Assembly (NCBI GenBank): GCA_019414625.1
Contig: DXLR01000016.1
Coordinates: 11,159 to 75,158 of the forward strand
Direction of reading: 5' to 3'
DNA from: Collinsella sp.
GTDB taxonomy: Bacteria; Actinomycetota; Coriobacteriia; Coriobacteriales; Coriobacteriaceae
Length of the DNA: 64,000 nucleotides
Positions 9,800-19,941 of this stretch are shown one piece after another; the stretch's first letter is position 1, and every line of letters begins with the position of its first letter. The position numbers were made by a program, and so were the translations under genes. A model generated the notes under the pieces. That model was given only the letters and a program-made list of their open reading frames with translations. It searched no databases and was not told where the DNA came from.

Positions 9800-9830
9800 A
9801 TGTGACAAAGGGACTGTCCCTTTGTCACAT
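9800..9830. repeat. Palindrome family A, copy 4
   Basis: atgtgacaaagggactgtccctttgtcacat; it supplies the stop codon of the EF-G-like gene. Confidence 0.95.
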
Positions 9831-11828
9831 GTGGCCGAAAAATTTTGCGTCGGCGGGGCGATAGGGGCGGTAGGTGGCGGGATCGATCTTTACGTGCGCC
9901 GCGGCGGGTACGTCGTACCATTTGACCGTATAGCCGGCGCCGTGAGCGCAAAAGACCGAGTCGGGCGTGTTGGGCAGATCGGCCTCGGGCTCATAGGCGG
10001 CCGCCTCGATGATGCGCTCGGCATCATGGCAAGCCGCATAACCAGCGAACTCAAGGTACAAATGCCCGCGGCCGCTCGTGTAGGCAGCCACCTCCAGCGC
10101 ATAATCCTGTACCTCGGATGCCGGTACGCGACCCACGAGCTTCGCCCGGTCACCCGCCATCGCCGGCGGCTCGTACTCGGCGCCCATGCGCGTGACGTCC
10201 GAGAGCGCCCTGCCCACGCACTCTCCCGGCACCTCGAGCTCAAAGTGGTACCACGGCTCCAACAGTACCGCCGCACCCGCCTCGCGCGCCTGCATCAAAC
10301 CCTGGCGAATCGCGCGGTATGTTGCCTGACGAAAGTCACCGCCCTCGGTGTGTTTGGCATGCGCGCGGCCGCCCGTGAGCGTAATGCGCACATCGGTGAT
10401 GGGCGAGCCGGTCAACACGCCCAGGTGATCGCGCTCCATGGCGTTGGTGAGCGCCAGGCGCTGCCAGTTCAGATCGAGCTCGTCAGTCGAGGTAGCGGTA
10501 CCAAATTGCACGCCTGAGCCCGCCGGCAGCGGCTCAAGGCGCAGGTGCACCTCGGCGTAATGGCGCAGTGGCTCAAAGTGGCCCACACCCTCGACCGGCT
10601 GCGAGATCGTCTCCTTATAGAGAATGCCGCCGGACTCAAACTCAATCGTAAGGCCAAAGCGATCGGCCAACACCCGCTGCACGACCTCGAGCTGCACGGC
10701 TCCCATCAACTGCAAGTGAATCTGCTCAAGATGCGTATTCCAGCTTACGCCGAGCATGGGGTCTTCGTCCGCCAACTCGGTCAGCGCTTTAAACACCGCA
10801 TGGACATCGTGTTCGCCCGGTAGCACCGTATAGGTGAGGACCGGCGCAATGACAGGTGCATCGCCCGCGGGCTCCGCGCCCAGGGCATCACCCGGGCGAA
10901 CGTGTGCGAGGCCCGTCACGGCGCAGATGCCGCCAGCGGCAACTTCCTGGGCAAGCTCATACTTCTCGCCGTTATAGATGCGTACCTGATCGACCTTCTG
11001 CTCCCATGCCTCGGCACCGGAACGTCCGTCAATCATCTGTTTGGCATGCAGCGTGCCGCCGGTCACTTTAACCCAAGCCAAGCGCTCGCCACGATCCCCG
11101 CGGCTGACACGATAGACGCGCGCAGCAAACTCCGGGAGCCACGCCTGTTCACGCATCAGCGCGCATATGCCATCCAGCAGCTCGTCAACGCCTTGGTCCT
11201 TGAGCGCCGAGCCGGCAAAGCAGGGAAAGAGCTTGCGCTCGGCAACCATGCGCGACAGCGTTGCAACAGAAAGCTCGCCCGCCTCAAGAAACTCCTCGAG
11301 CGCCGCCTCGTCCAACGCAGCAGCGTCCTCCTGAACGGTGCCGCCCGCCAGCAGTTCGCTGGCATCCAGGCAGCCCTCGGAAAGACGTTGCCCAAGTTGT
11401 GCCAGCAAAACCTCGCGGCCGGGATGCTCCAAATCGATTTTGTTGATATAGATGAACGTCGGAATGTCATAGCGCGCAAGCAGGCGCCACAGGGTTTCGG
11501 TGTGCCCTTGTACGCCGTCGTTGGCGCCCACAACCAAAATCGCGTAGTCGAGTGCGCGCAATGTGCGCTCCGCCTCGGCAGAAAAATCGACATGCCCCGG
11601 CGCATCAACGAGCATGACGTGGGTATCGCCATGGTCGAGCACGGCCTGCGACGAGAAAATCGTAATGCCGCGCTCGCGCTCGATCGCGTTAGTGTCCAGA
11701 TGCGAATCGCCATCGTCCACGCGGCCGCGCTTGCGAATGCGACCCGCGTTGAACAACATGGCCTCGGCCAACGTTGTCTTGCCGGCATCGACATGCGCCA
11801 AGATTCCAACGACCGCTTGCTTCGACAT
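9825..11828 (-). CDS. EF-G-like translational GTPase (TetM/TetO-related subfamily)
   Basis: AHVDAGKTT, ERERGITI, DAPGHVDF, NKID, YKETI, LLEPWY. Confidence 0.85.
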   Translation of the reverse strand: MSKQAVVGILAHVDAGKTTLAEAMLFNAGRIRKRGRVDDGDSHLDTNAIERERGITIFSSQAVLDHGDTHVMLVDAPGHVDFSAEAERTLRALDYAILVVGANDGVQGHTETLWRLLARYDIPTFIYINKIDLEHPGREVLLAQLGQRLSEGCLDASELLAGGTVQEDAAALDEAALEEFLEAGELSVATLSRMVAERKLFPCFAGSALKDQGVDELLDGICALMREQAWLPEFAARVYRVSRGDRGERLAWVKVTGGTLHAKQMIDGRSGAEAWEQKVDQVRIYNGEKYELAQEVAAGGICAVTGLAHVRPGDALGAEPAGDAPVIAPVLTYTVLPGEHDVHAVFKALTELADEDPMLGVSWNTHLEQIHLQLMGAVQLEVVQRVLADRFGLTIEFESGGILYKETISQPVEGVGHFEPLRHYAEVHLRLEPLPAGSGVQFGTATSTDELDLNWQRLALTNAMERDHLGVLTGSPITDVRITLTGGRAHAKHTEGGDFRQATYRAIRQGLMQAREAGAAVLLEPWYHFELEVPGECVGRALSDVTRMGAEYEPPAMAGDRAKLVGRVPASEVQDYALEVAAYTSGRGHLYLEFAGYAACHDAERIIEAAAYEPEADLPNTPDSVFCAHGAGYTVKWYDVPAAAHVKIDPATYRPYRPADAKFFGHM

Positions 11829-12134
11829 GGCTCTCCTCTTATTGCAAGCCCATCGCACGCGGCAACGGGCGCTCTCGTTCCACACTGGATGATACAATTT
11901 ACGGGCCGGCGGGCGAAGCGGGCCCTATCCCCCGACCGAGCTCATCGCTCCGCGTTGCCGCGCAGCGATTTTCGTAGGTTCGCGCCTTGCGAAAGCCGGC
12001 ACCTCCCCTTTTTGTCTGCCCGGGTTCATCTGGAACGGCAGCGACGCGAGCCCCACAACAACGCGTTTTGCCAAAAAATGGCCCCACCCGGGGCCATTTT
12101 CATTTAGATGGAGTGTTGGTATGCGCCTGGGCGC

Positions 12135-12626
12135 TTATGCCTCGCGCAGCCAGTCGAACGCAACACGCGGCGTGCCGTCCGACACATGGATAATGCCGAC
12201 ACGCTCGAATCCCGCCTTGATGCTCGCACGCTGCATGGGCAGATTGTCCTGATGCGTGTCGATGCGCAGGTGATCGGCACGCTCTTTGGCAAAGGCGAAC
12301 ATCGCAGCCGCGATACCGTGCACGGTGCCGTCGGATGCCACACGGTGCAGCACGGCGTACGGAGTGTCGCTGCGCCACCGACCGTCCTCAATGACGTCAT
12401 AGCACTCGTCCGGACCCGGTAAAAAGGCAAACGTCGCTACCACGTGACCGTCAACTTCGCACACATAGCTGCCACCAGCGGCGATATCGGCAGCCAGCTG
12501 CTCGGCCGAAGGCGTGCCCTCGGGCCACTGCGTGGCGTTGCCATGCGCGCGCATAAAGGCGCGGGCCGCGTCATAGATAGCCATGACGGCGGGAATGTCG
12601 GTATCGAGGGTTTTTCTGATCATCAC
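12135..12626 (-). CDS. GNAT-family acetyltransferase
   Basis: HRVASDG..HGIA, LRIDTHQDNLPMQ...GF. Confidence 0.85.
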   Translation of the reverse strand: MMIRKTLDTDIPAVMAIYDAARAFMRAHGNATQWPEGTPSAEQLAADIAAGGSYVCEVDGHVVATFAFLPGPDECYDVIEDGRWRSDTPYAVLHRVASDGTVHGIAAAMFAFAKERADHLRIDTHQDNLPMQRASIKAGFERVGIIHVSDGTPRVAFDWLREA

Positions 12627-12700
12627 GCGGCGACCTCACGTTTATTGGTATCACTTTGACTGAGCAATGATACCAACGTTTGGAGAGGGGCGCGAAGCGG

Positions 12701-12997
12701 ATGGGAAGCAAAAAGCGAGCCGCCTGGTCAAAGGCCAAAAGCGAGTTTTTGGGCGCTGCCACCGGCGGCGATATGAGCGATCTGTTTGCGCGCGAAGACG
12801 AGCGCCGCGACGCACTAGACGCCGAGCGCGATGAAGCCTGGCGCTACAAGTCGTGCGAACGCAAAAACCGTTACGACACGCGCGCCGAGGCCGAGGCAGT
12901 TATGGCCGACTGCGAAAACCGCGGGCGGCGCGGCCTTGCCTGCTACAAATGCGAATACTGCGGCGGATGGCATCTGACGTCGCACCCCTGGAAATAG
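12701..12997 (+). CDS. Small hypothetical protein with C-terminal Cys/His (Zn-binding-like) motif
   Basis: SCERKNRY...YKCEYCGGWHLTS. Confidence 0.7.
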   Translation: MGSKKRAAWSKAKSEFLGAATGGDMSDLFAREDERRDALDAERDEAWRYKSCERKNRYDTRAEAEAVMADCENRGRRGLACYKCEYCGGWHLTSHPWK

Positions 12998-13045
12998 ACC
13001 CCGCATCGGCACGGCGCTGGCGAAGCGCCGGCCATCGTGCGCAAG

Positions 13046-13756
13046 CTACGGGCGCGGCGGCACCAAAACATCGTAGCGAACGGCCTTGCCCGCGAGCTGA
13101 TAGCTCGGCTTAACGCCGGCAAGCAGCGGCCCCTTCACCGGCCGCTTGATAACGACCTTACGCGGGTGCACCGCAAGCGCGGCTTCGACCAGCGTCTCCT
13201 CATCGGCACACGGCTGTTCCAGATGATGCAAGAGTTGGAACTTCTTTTTCACCGCCGCGCTCTTGGTGCGCCCGGGAAACATGGGGTCCAGATATACCAC
13301 GTCAGGAGCGGTGAGCTCGCCCTGCCCGATCAGCTCAGCTACATGGCGAAGGCCGGCGATGCTGTCCTCGCCCGCATGCAAGCGCATTCGTGCCACGGCT
13401 GTCGCAAGCGCCGGATCATCTGTCGCGCGATCCAAGGCATCCTTGAGAAGCGCCGCGATCACGCAATCCTGTTCATACAGATCGACGGTAAAGCCCGCGG
13501 CCGCCAGCAGCAGCGAGTCCTCGCCAAAGCCTGCTGTGGCATCAATCGCCCATGGTTGTTCGATGCCTTTTGTGCGCGCAGCCTTTACCAACAGCTCTTG
13601 CTGCAGACGACCCTGCTTGAGCCGTGGAAGCATGCGGCCAAAATCGGCACGCAACTCCATCGTGCCGTCGGTGAGCGTAAGGCCCTCGGACGTCCGCACG
13701 AGCTCGAGCCCAGCAGCCCGAGCAACAGAAAAGGGATCGACGACGCCCATGGACAC
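13046..13756 (-). CDS. rsmJ: RsmJ-like 16S rRNA methyltransferase (class I SAM-dependent)
   Basis: DATAGFGEDS, VYLDPMFP, KVVIKRP. Confidence 0.8.
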   Translation of the reverse strand: MSMGVVDPFSVARAAGLELVRTSEGLTLTDGTMELRADFGRMLPRLKQGRLQQELLVKAARTKGIEQPWAIDATAGFGEDSLLLAAAGFTVDLYEQDCVIAALLKDALDRATDDPALATAVARMRLHAGEDSIAGLRHVAELIGQGELTAPDVVYLDPMFPGRTKSAAVKKKFQLLHHLEQPCADEETLVEAALAVHPRKVVIKRPVKGPLLAGVKPSYQLAGKAVRYDVLVPPRP

Positions 13757-13813
13757 TCCTTAGCAAACAAAACGAATACATGGGCGCCATTCATGTCGGC
13801 ACCCAACCGTCCG

Positions 13814-13957
13814 TTATTGTCCCACATGCGACATGGTCCACAGCATCCCAATGCAAAGCACCGCCATCAATACCGTGCACACGGCAGCGATCACAGAATC
13901 ACTCATGCGCCTTCCCAGCGACCGCGGCTCATCCACTTGCTTGACTCCGTACATCAT
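13814..13957 (-). CDS. 47-aa small membrane protein (not in the ORF track)
   Basis: GAAGGAGGAGCC-ATG; MMYGVKQVDEPRSLGRRMSDSVIAAVCTVLMAVLCIGMLWTMSHVGQ*, with one TM segment. Confidence 0.65.
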   Translation of the reverse strand: MMYGVKQVDEPRSLGRRMSDSVIAAVCTVLMAVLCIGMLWTMSHVGQ

Positions 13958-14184
13958 GGCTCCTCCTTCGGTCCAGCTCTTACCATGGCCTCATCATCGC
14001 AGCGCCGCGCATGCGCTGCCATCGATTTGACTTACGTCCAGCTTTCCTTTTTGAAAGGTTGAACCGTGCAGGCAAGAGACGCTTTCAGGCGCATGCATCG
14101 CCGCGTTGAACTACAATGTGCTTCACCATATGTGCAGCACATAGGGTGCGCCAGGTTGGCGTACTCGTATCGAAAGGACCAGCC

Positions 14185-14586
14185 ATGAGCTTCACTCGCA
14201 AGACACTCAAAATCCTTGCCCTGATTTATTTTGTTCTGGGCATCGCCAGTCTCGTCATAGGAATCGCCGGCATCGCGACCGGCAAGTTCGAGTCCACCTA
14301 CGGATCGAACGCCATGCTCGCCGCGGCCGTGATTATCGCCAAGGGCCTCATCGATCTTGCCGCGGGCGTTGCGGGCATCAAGGGTGCCAACAAGCCTTCG
14401 CAGGTTGACGGCGCGTTTAAGCTCGGTATCGTTGCTGCAGTCGCCACGCTTGCCCAGGCGGTGCTCACGCTTCCCGCGTTTGGCGGCGACGCCATCAACT
14501 TTGGCGCCTTTGTCATCGTGGTGTACGACCTGTTCTTTGTTCAGCAGGCGCACGCCGTCAAGGCCGAGAACAAGGACCGCCTGTAA
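14185..14586 (+). CDS. Four-TM hypothetical membrane protein
   Basis: GAAAGGA RBS, hydrophobic helices, downstream hairpin at about 14625-14660. Confidence 0.8.
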   Translation: MSFTRKTLKILALIYFVLGIASLVIGIAGIATGKFESTYGSNAMLAAAVIIAKGLIDLAAGVAGIKGANKPSQVDGAFKLGIVAAVATLAQAVLTLPAFGGDAINFGAFVIVVYDLFFVQQAHAVKAENKDRL

Positions 14587-14711
14587 GCGCTCGCTTCTCA
14601 TAGCCTCTGCAGCCAAGCAACTAAAAAGGGCCGATCGCACATCTCCGCGGTCGGCCCTTTGCATTTGCCCAGATAAAACCTGCCAAAATAAACCTGTCCC
14701 TTTTTGGTAGA

Positions 14712-15524
14712 TTAGTGGCGGTACTCGGCGATGATGAAGTCGATGTCGGTCTGAAGAGTGTCCAGGTTTGCCAGGCGCTCTTTGTCGGCGGGGCGCGTAC
14801 GGTAGTAGTACGGCGTCATCTGGAACACCGCCTCGATGTCAGCCTGGGTCTGGAGCGTAATGTTCGCAGACACCCGCTGCGTTCCCACCAACTCGAGCTC
14901 GGTCGTCTTCGGCAGCTTCTCGTCGTTAAGGTACGGCGTGTCGTAGAGCACCTCCTTGAGCCCAAAGAGATGACGGGCACCCGGCACCACGGTGTAGAGC
15001 GAGCCCTCGGGTGCCAGCACGCGGGCAAACTCGCGCTCGTTAAAGGGGGCAAAGAGCTCGGTCACCATATCGAAGGCGCCATCGGCCACGGGGACGTCCT
15101 TCATGTTGGCCACGAAATAGGTCGCATCGCCGCGCTTGGCGGCAAGGCGTACCATCTCTTTGCCCAGGTCGAAACCGTAAGCATCCACACCCGGCACCGC
15201 GCCCATGGCGCTGGTGTAGTAGCCCTCGCCGCAGCAAATATCGAGCAACGTCATGGGGCCGTTCGTAGACGCAGCGCACCCAGCCGCCCGCTCACGCACC
15301 AGCTCGACCATTGCATCGCGCAACGGCGCATAGTAGCCACGGTTTAGAAAGTCACGACGGCTGCGTGCCTGCGACTTGGGATCGCCCATGGAGTCGCCGC
15401 TCTTGGACGAGCGCAGTAGATATAGATAACCCTCGCGCGCACGGTCAAACCGGTGTCCGCCCGCACATGCGGCCCCACGCTCATCGTCCACCAACGGTTC
15501 ATGGCAAACGGGACACAACAACAT
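14712..15524 (-). CDS. rlmA: 23S rRNA m1G745/748 methyltransferase (RlmA-like)
   Basis: N-terminal CPVC...C...H.FD.AREGY Zn finger, LDICCGEGYY, QMTPYY. Confidence 0.88.
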   Translation of the reverse strand: MLLCPVCHEPLVDDERGAACAGGHRFDRAREGYLYLLRSSKSGDSMGDPKSQARSRRDFLNRGYYAPLRDAMVELVRERAAGCAASTNGPMTLLDICCGEGYYTSAMGAVPGVDAYGFDLGKEMVRLAAKRGDATYFVANMKDVPVADGAFDMVTELFAPFNEREFARVLAPEGSLYTVVPGARHLFGLKEVLYDTPYLNDEKLPKTTELELVGTQRVSANITLQTQADIEAVFQMTPYYYRTRPADKERLANLDTLQTDIDFIIAEYRH

Positions 15525-15580
15525 GGCAACTCCTTAGCGCGAACAACACAACGCCCACCATTGTCTCACGCCTTCCCCAC

Positions 15581-15611
15581 CTAGTCATTGGGGACGTTCT
15601 TGAATGACTAG
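15581..15611. repeat. Palindrome family B (CTAGTCATT-GGGGACGTTCTT-AATGACTAG)
   Basis: Also at 44850-44933 and 52947-53003; partial cores follow at about 15626-15672. Confidence 0.85.
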
Positions 15612-15740
15612 TTAGAAGAGATAAGGAGTGTCCCCAGCTGCCGACAGAAAAGGAACGTCCCCAAGTGCCGACTGGTTGCATTAGGAGTATCATCATCTGC
15701 GCAAATAAGCACGAAAGAGCATGTTAGAGATTGAGAGCGT

Positions 15741-17123
15741 ATGGCTGACACCGTATCTAAGCACATTGACATGACCACCGGCTCGCTGTGGCGCAATATT
15801 CCCCTGTTCGCCTTCCCCGTGGCCGCCACGAGCATCTTGGAGCAGCTGTCGAACCTCATCGCCACGGTCATTATCGGTAACTTCTCGGGCGACCAGGGAA
15901 CCCTCGCCATGGCGGCGGTCGGCTCCAATGTTCCGCTTACCAGTCTTATGCTCAACCTGTTTATTGGCATGTCGCTTGGCTCCAACGTGGTCATCGCCAA
16001 CGCTATCGGCCGCAACGATCAGAACATGGTCAAACGCGCCGTCCATACCTCGATTTTAATGGCACTCGTGGGCTTTGTCGTCATCGCTCTGGGCGAGATC
16101 TTTGCCGAGCCCATGCTCGCCGCGCTCAACGTTCCCGCCGAGACCATGCCGCTCGCCTCACTCTATCTACGCGTCTTTTTGCTGAGCATGCCCTCGATTT
16201 TGCTCTACAACTTTGAGGCCGCGATCTTCCGCTCCGTCGGCATCACCCGCATGCCGCTGCAGGCGCTTGCCGTGTCCACCGTCCTCAACATTGGCCTGGA
16301 CCTCATCTTTGTCCCCGTACTCCACTGGGGCGTCGCGGGCGTCGCCATCGCCACCGCCATCGCCTACACCGTCAGCGCCGCTACGCTCTTTATCCGTCTG
16401 CTCAAGACTGACTCCGTCGTCCGCGTCACTCCACGCGACTTAGGCTTAGACCCCGTCGCCCTCAGGCGCATCGTCAAAATCGGCCTGCCCGCCGGCATCC
16501 AGAGCGCCGTCTTTGCCGTCGCCAACATCATCATCCAGTCCGCCATCAACAGCTTGGGCACCGAGGTCATGGCGGCATCGAGCGCCGCCATGAGCCTGGA
16601 GTACGTGTGCTACAACCTGCTCAACAGCTTTAGCCAGGCTTGCACCACCTTTGTGGGGCAAAACCACGGTGCCCGCCAGATCGACCGTTGCACCAAGACC
16701 CTTAAGGTCTGCCTGGTCGAAGGCGGCATCGTCGCGCTCACTACCATCGTTATCATCGTCGGTCTGGGGCGCGAGATCCTAGCGCTGTTTAATAGCGACC
16801 CCAACATCGTCTCGATCGGCTATATCCGTGTGTGCTCGATCTTCCCGGCATACGCCTTTAGCATGTTCTACGAGAATATGTCCGGCTACCTGCGCGGCTT
16901 TGGCATCTCGCTCATGCCCGCCCTCATCACCATGATCTGTGTCTGCGGCATCCGCTTCTACTGGGTATTCTGCGTGTTCCCGCACTTCCGCACCTTTGCG
17001 AACATCATGATGGTCTACCCCATCAGCCTGGGCACCACGGCATTCTTTATGGTCGTGGCGGTATTGCTCTGCCACCCAGCACGCACCTATCGCGCCGCCC
17101 AAGTCAAAGCGACTGCCCGCTAA
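15741..17123 (+). CDS. MATE efflux transporter
   Basis: DMTTGSLWRNI..FAFP, about 12 TM segments, VGQNHGA. Confidence 0.92.
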   Translation: MADTVSKHIDMTTGSLWRNIPLFAFPVAATSILEQLSNLIATVIIGNFSGDQGTLAMAAVGSNVPLTSLMLNLFIGMSLGSNVVIANAIGRNDQNMVKRAVHTSILMALVGFVVIALGEIFAEPMLAALNVPAETMPLASLYLRVFLLSMPSILLYNFEAAIFRSVGITRMPLQALAVSTVLNIGLDLIFVPVLHWGVAGVAIATAIAYTVSAATLFIRLLKTDSVVRVTPRDLGLDPVALRRIVKIGLPAGIQSAVFAVANIIIQSAINSLGTEVMAASSAAMSLEYVCYNLLNSFSQACTTFVGQNHGARQIDRCTKTLKVCLVEGGIVALTTIVIIVGLGREILALFNSDPNIVSIGYIRVCSIFPAYAFSMFYENMSGYLRGFGISLMPALITMICVCGIRFYWVFCVFPHFRTFANIMMVYPISLGTTAFFMVVAVLLCHPARTYRAAQVKATAR

Positions 17124-17150
17124 ACACCGCACTCAACGTCACGCCAGTCA

Positions 17151-18017
17151 TTAATTGACAATATGAGAGCTCATATAGTCGATAAAGCGCCTCGTGGCGA
17201 TGGGCATGGTGTCCCAGCTGCGCCAGGCGGCCACCACGTCGCGCGAGGGGGCATGCACGATGGGCCGCACACAAATATCGGCTCGCATGCCCTCCACAGT
17301 ACGACGGTAGAGCATGCTCACTCCTAGGCCCTCCTCCACCATCGCCATAATGGTGTAGTCGTCGGTCACCTCACTCGTCACGTGCGGCGACAGCCCGTGC
17401 GCCGCGAATGCATCGAGCACCAGGCTCTGTTCGCCCTCATCCAGCAGCACAAACGGTTCGGACGCCAGGTCGGCAAGCGTCACCTTTTCCTTTGCCGTCA
17501 GCGGATGGGCGGACGGCAACAGTGCCACCAACTCGTCGTGATAGACCACGCGCTTCTCGAGCCCAGCGGTAAATCCGCGCGCCGTAAAACAAAAATCAAC
17601 CACGCCATCGTGTACCCATTGAGCGTTGCACGTGTAATCGCCCTGCTTGAGAGTAAAGCGTACGCCAGGGTGTAGAGCCCCAAAGTCGCGAATCACGCGC
17701 GGCAGTACGGTGCGGCTCACGTTAGTAAACGTCGCGATACGAATATCAGTCGAGGAGAGCCCCAGCAACTCCTGGCGTTTGCCCTCAAGCTCGGCCTCGG
17801 CAGTTACGATCTGTCGCAGATACGGCAGGTACTGTTTGCCGTCGCGCGTAAGCGAAACGCCCTGCTTGCCGCGCTCGATAAGCGTGGTACCCAGCTCGCG
17901 CTCGAGCGCCTTGACGGCCTGGCTCACCGCACTTTGCGTATAGCCCAGCTCGTCCGCCGCGCGTTTCAGGCTACCGCAATCGACCACCATACACACAATC
18001 TGATACCGCGATGCCAT
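17151..18017 (-). CDS. LysR-family regulator
   Basis: GSLKRAADELGYTQSAVSQAVKALERELG HTH. Confidence 0.93.
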   Translation of the reverse strand: MASRYQIVCMVVDCGSLKRAADELGYTQSAVSQAVKALERELGTTLIERGKQGVSLTRDGKQYLPYLRQIVTAEAELEGKRQELLGLSSTDIRIATFTNVSRTVLPRVIRDFGALHPGVRFTLKQGDYTCNAQWVHDGVVDFCFTARGFTAGLEKRVVYHDELVALLPSAHPLTAKEKVTLADLASEPFVLLDEGEQSLVLDAFAAHGLSPHVTSEVTDDYTIMAMVEEGLGVSMLYRRTVEGMRADICVRPIVHAPSRDVVAAWRSWDTMPIATRRFIDYMSSHIVN

Positions 18018-18174
18018 CGTGCCTCCACATCGATATAGCCTTAAAACGTTTTGCCAGGGCTTTTTCTTCTAACATTAGTATTTCTTAATCATACTGAAGA
18101 TACATTCGCTTTACTACATCCATATCTGGGAGCAGAATCCTTTTTACGAAACCGTTCTGTAACAAAGGAGTCCC

Positions 18175-19077
18175 ATGGATCGCAAAAAAGCAATCGCACT
18201 CTCATTTTCCGTTCCCTTCGCATGGGGCTTTTCGTACCCCCTCATGAAGATCGGCATGGACAGCATGAACGCCACGAGTATCGTTGCGCTGCGCTGCATC
18301 ATCGCCTTTGCGGCCTGCCTGGTGCTCTTCCACAAGCGCGCTTTCCGCATCAACCGCGACCTTATGGTCCGTGCCGCCATCATCGGCGCCATCATGGCAA
18401 CCGAGCTCACCTGCATGTGCCTGGGCTCCAGCCTCACCTCGGCTTCCACCGCCGGCTTTTTGCAGAGCCTGACGGTCGTGATCGTACCGTTTGCCAACGC
18501 GGCCCTGCTGCGTCGCGCCCCCGAGCGCAAGGTGCTCATCGGCACCGCCATCGTCACCTGCGGCATGCTTTTACTCTCGGGCGCCGACTTTACCAGCCTG
18601 AATCCAGGCGCGATCATCATGCTGCTCTCGGCCTTTATCTATGCCGGCCACATTATCGTAGCCAAGCGCTTTGTCGAAGAAGTCGATCCGCTGGCTCTGG
18701 GCGTTTGGCAGCTGGGCTTCGGTGGCTTGTTCTCGGGCATCGCCGCATGCGCCTTTGGCGGCTTTACGCTTCCCAGCACGCCGAACGAGATCGTCGTTGT
18801 CGTTGCGCTCGCACTCATCTGCTCTGCCTACGGCTTTATCACCCAGACGCTCGTGCAGCCCCACGTACCTGCCGAGACCACCGGCTTCGCCTTCTCGCTC
18901 GAGCCGGTCTGCTCCGCCGTCTTCTCGTTCTTCCTGGTCGGCGAGGTCCTGAGCGCCATCGCCTTCTTTGGCGCCGCCCTCATCCTCACCGGCGTCATGG
19001 TGGCAACCGTCGAGCTTCCGCGCCTCCGCGCACATGGACAGGCTCGCATGGCAGGAGCGCCCGAGCACGTCTCGTAG
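18175..19077 (+). CDS. DMT/EamA transporter
   Basis: Two EamA repeats, about 10 TM, LEPV motif; divergent from LysR. Confidence 0.88.
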   Translation: MDRKKAIALSFSVPFAWGFSYPLMKIGMDSMNATSIVALRCIIAFAACLVLFHKRAFRINRDLMVRAAIIGAIMATELTCMCLGSSLTSASTAGFLQSLTVVIVPFANAALLRRAPERKVLIGTAIVTCGMLLLSGADFTSLNPGAIIMLLSAFIYAGHIIVAKRFVEEVDPLALGVWQLGFGGLFSGIAACAFGGFTLPSTPNEIVVVVALALICSAYGFITQTLVQPHVPAETTGFAFSLEPVCSAVFSFFLVGEVLSAIAFFGAALILTGVMVATVELPRLRAHGQARMAGAPEHVS

Positions 19078-19165
19078 ACCCCGCTCTTCATACAGCCGCG
19101 GCATAAAGGCAACCGGTGCGCCTTTACAATAGATGCCAACAGAGCATCTGACGTAAAGGAGCCCC

Positions 19166-19891
19166 ATGGACGCCGCGACCCGCGACCGCAACATAGCAAC
19201 TTGGTTGGGCGATGCACCGCAGCCGGTACGTGACACTACGAACCAGCTGCTCGAGCGCATCGCCCTTTTGCGTGCCGAGCAGACTATCTACCCGGCACAA
19301 GACGACATCCTCAATGCCCTCGCCTACACGCCGGCCGACCAGGTCAAGGTTGTCATCTTGGGTCAAGACCCCTATCACGGACCCAACCAGGCCATGGGGC
19401 TGTCGTTCTCGGTCCCCGCGACGCAAACCAAGTTGCCGCCGAGCCTGCGCAACATCTACAAGGAACTCAATGCCGATCTGGGTTGTCCCATCCCCGCCAC
19501 AGGAGATTTAACGCCATGGGCACAACAGGGCGTCCTGCTTCTCAACACTACGCTCACCGTGCGCGAGCATGCCGCGAACTCGCACGCCAAGCTGGGCTGG
19601 AGCACGCTCACCGACTACGTTATCGAACGCTGCTGCCAGCTGCCTCAACCGGTTGTCTTTTTGGCATGGGGCCGCTTTGCCCAGCAGATGGTCGAGGGCA
19701 AGCTCGTCGCAACTGACGCGGGCAAGGCAACCGACAAGTTCTGTCTGGCCTCCACGCACCCCTCGCCGCTTTCGGCCAATCGTGCCACGGCAGAACTCCC
19801 CGCCTTTATGGGGTCGCGTCCCTTCTCGGCAGCCAATCGGCTACTCGAACAGCACGGCTCGACCCCCGTCAACTGGACTTGCCTCGGCTAA
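19166..19891 (+). CDS. ung: Uracil-DNA glycosylase
   Basis: GQDPYH, GLSFS, GVLLLN, HPSPLS. Confidence 0.95.
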   Translation: MDAATRDRNIATWLGDAPQPVRDTTNQLLERIALLRAEQTIYPAQDDILNALAYTPADQVKVVILGQDPYHGPNQAMGLSFSVPATQTKLPPSLRNIYKELNADLGCPIPATGDLTPWAQQGVLLLNTTLTVREHAANSHAKLGWSTLTDYVIERCCQLPQPVVFLAWGRFAQQMVEGKLVATDAGKATDKFCLASTHPSPLSANRATAELPAFMGSRPFSAANRLLEQHGSTPVNWTCLG

Positions 19892-19906
19892 AAATCGATA
19901 CATCAA

Positions 19907-19940
19907 AAACGCGCCCGACGGCTTTCCATCGGGCGCGTTT
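19907..19940. terminator. Bidirectional intrinsic terminator-like hairpin
   Basis: aaacgcgcccga...tcgggcgcgttt between convergent ung and SDR. Confidence 0.75.
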
Positions 19941-19941
19941 C

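Noticed and set aside
9825..11828. Acquired tetracycline resistance gene (tetM/W/O)
   Set aside because: Host-like composition and a divergent sequence (GHFEPLRHYAEV type) fit a chromosomal EF-G-like paralog; resistance cannot be claimed
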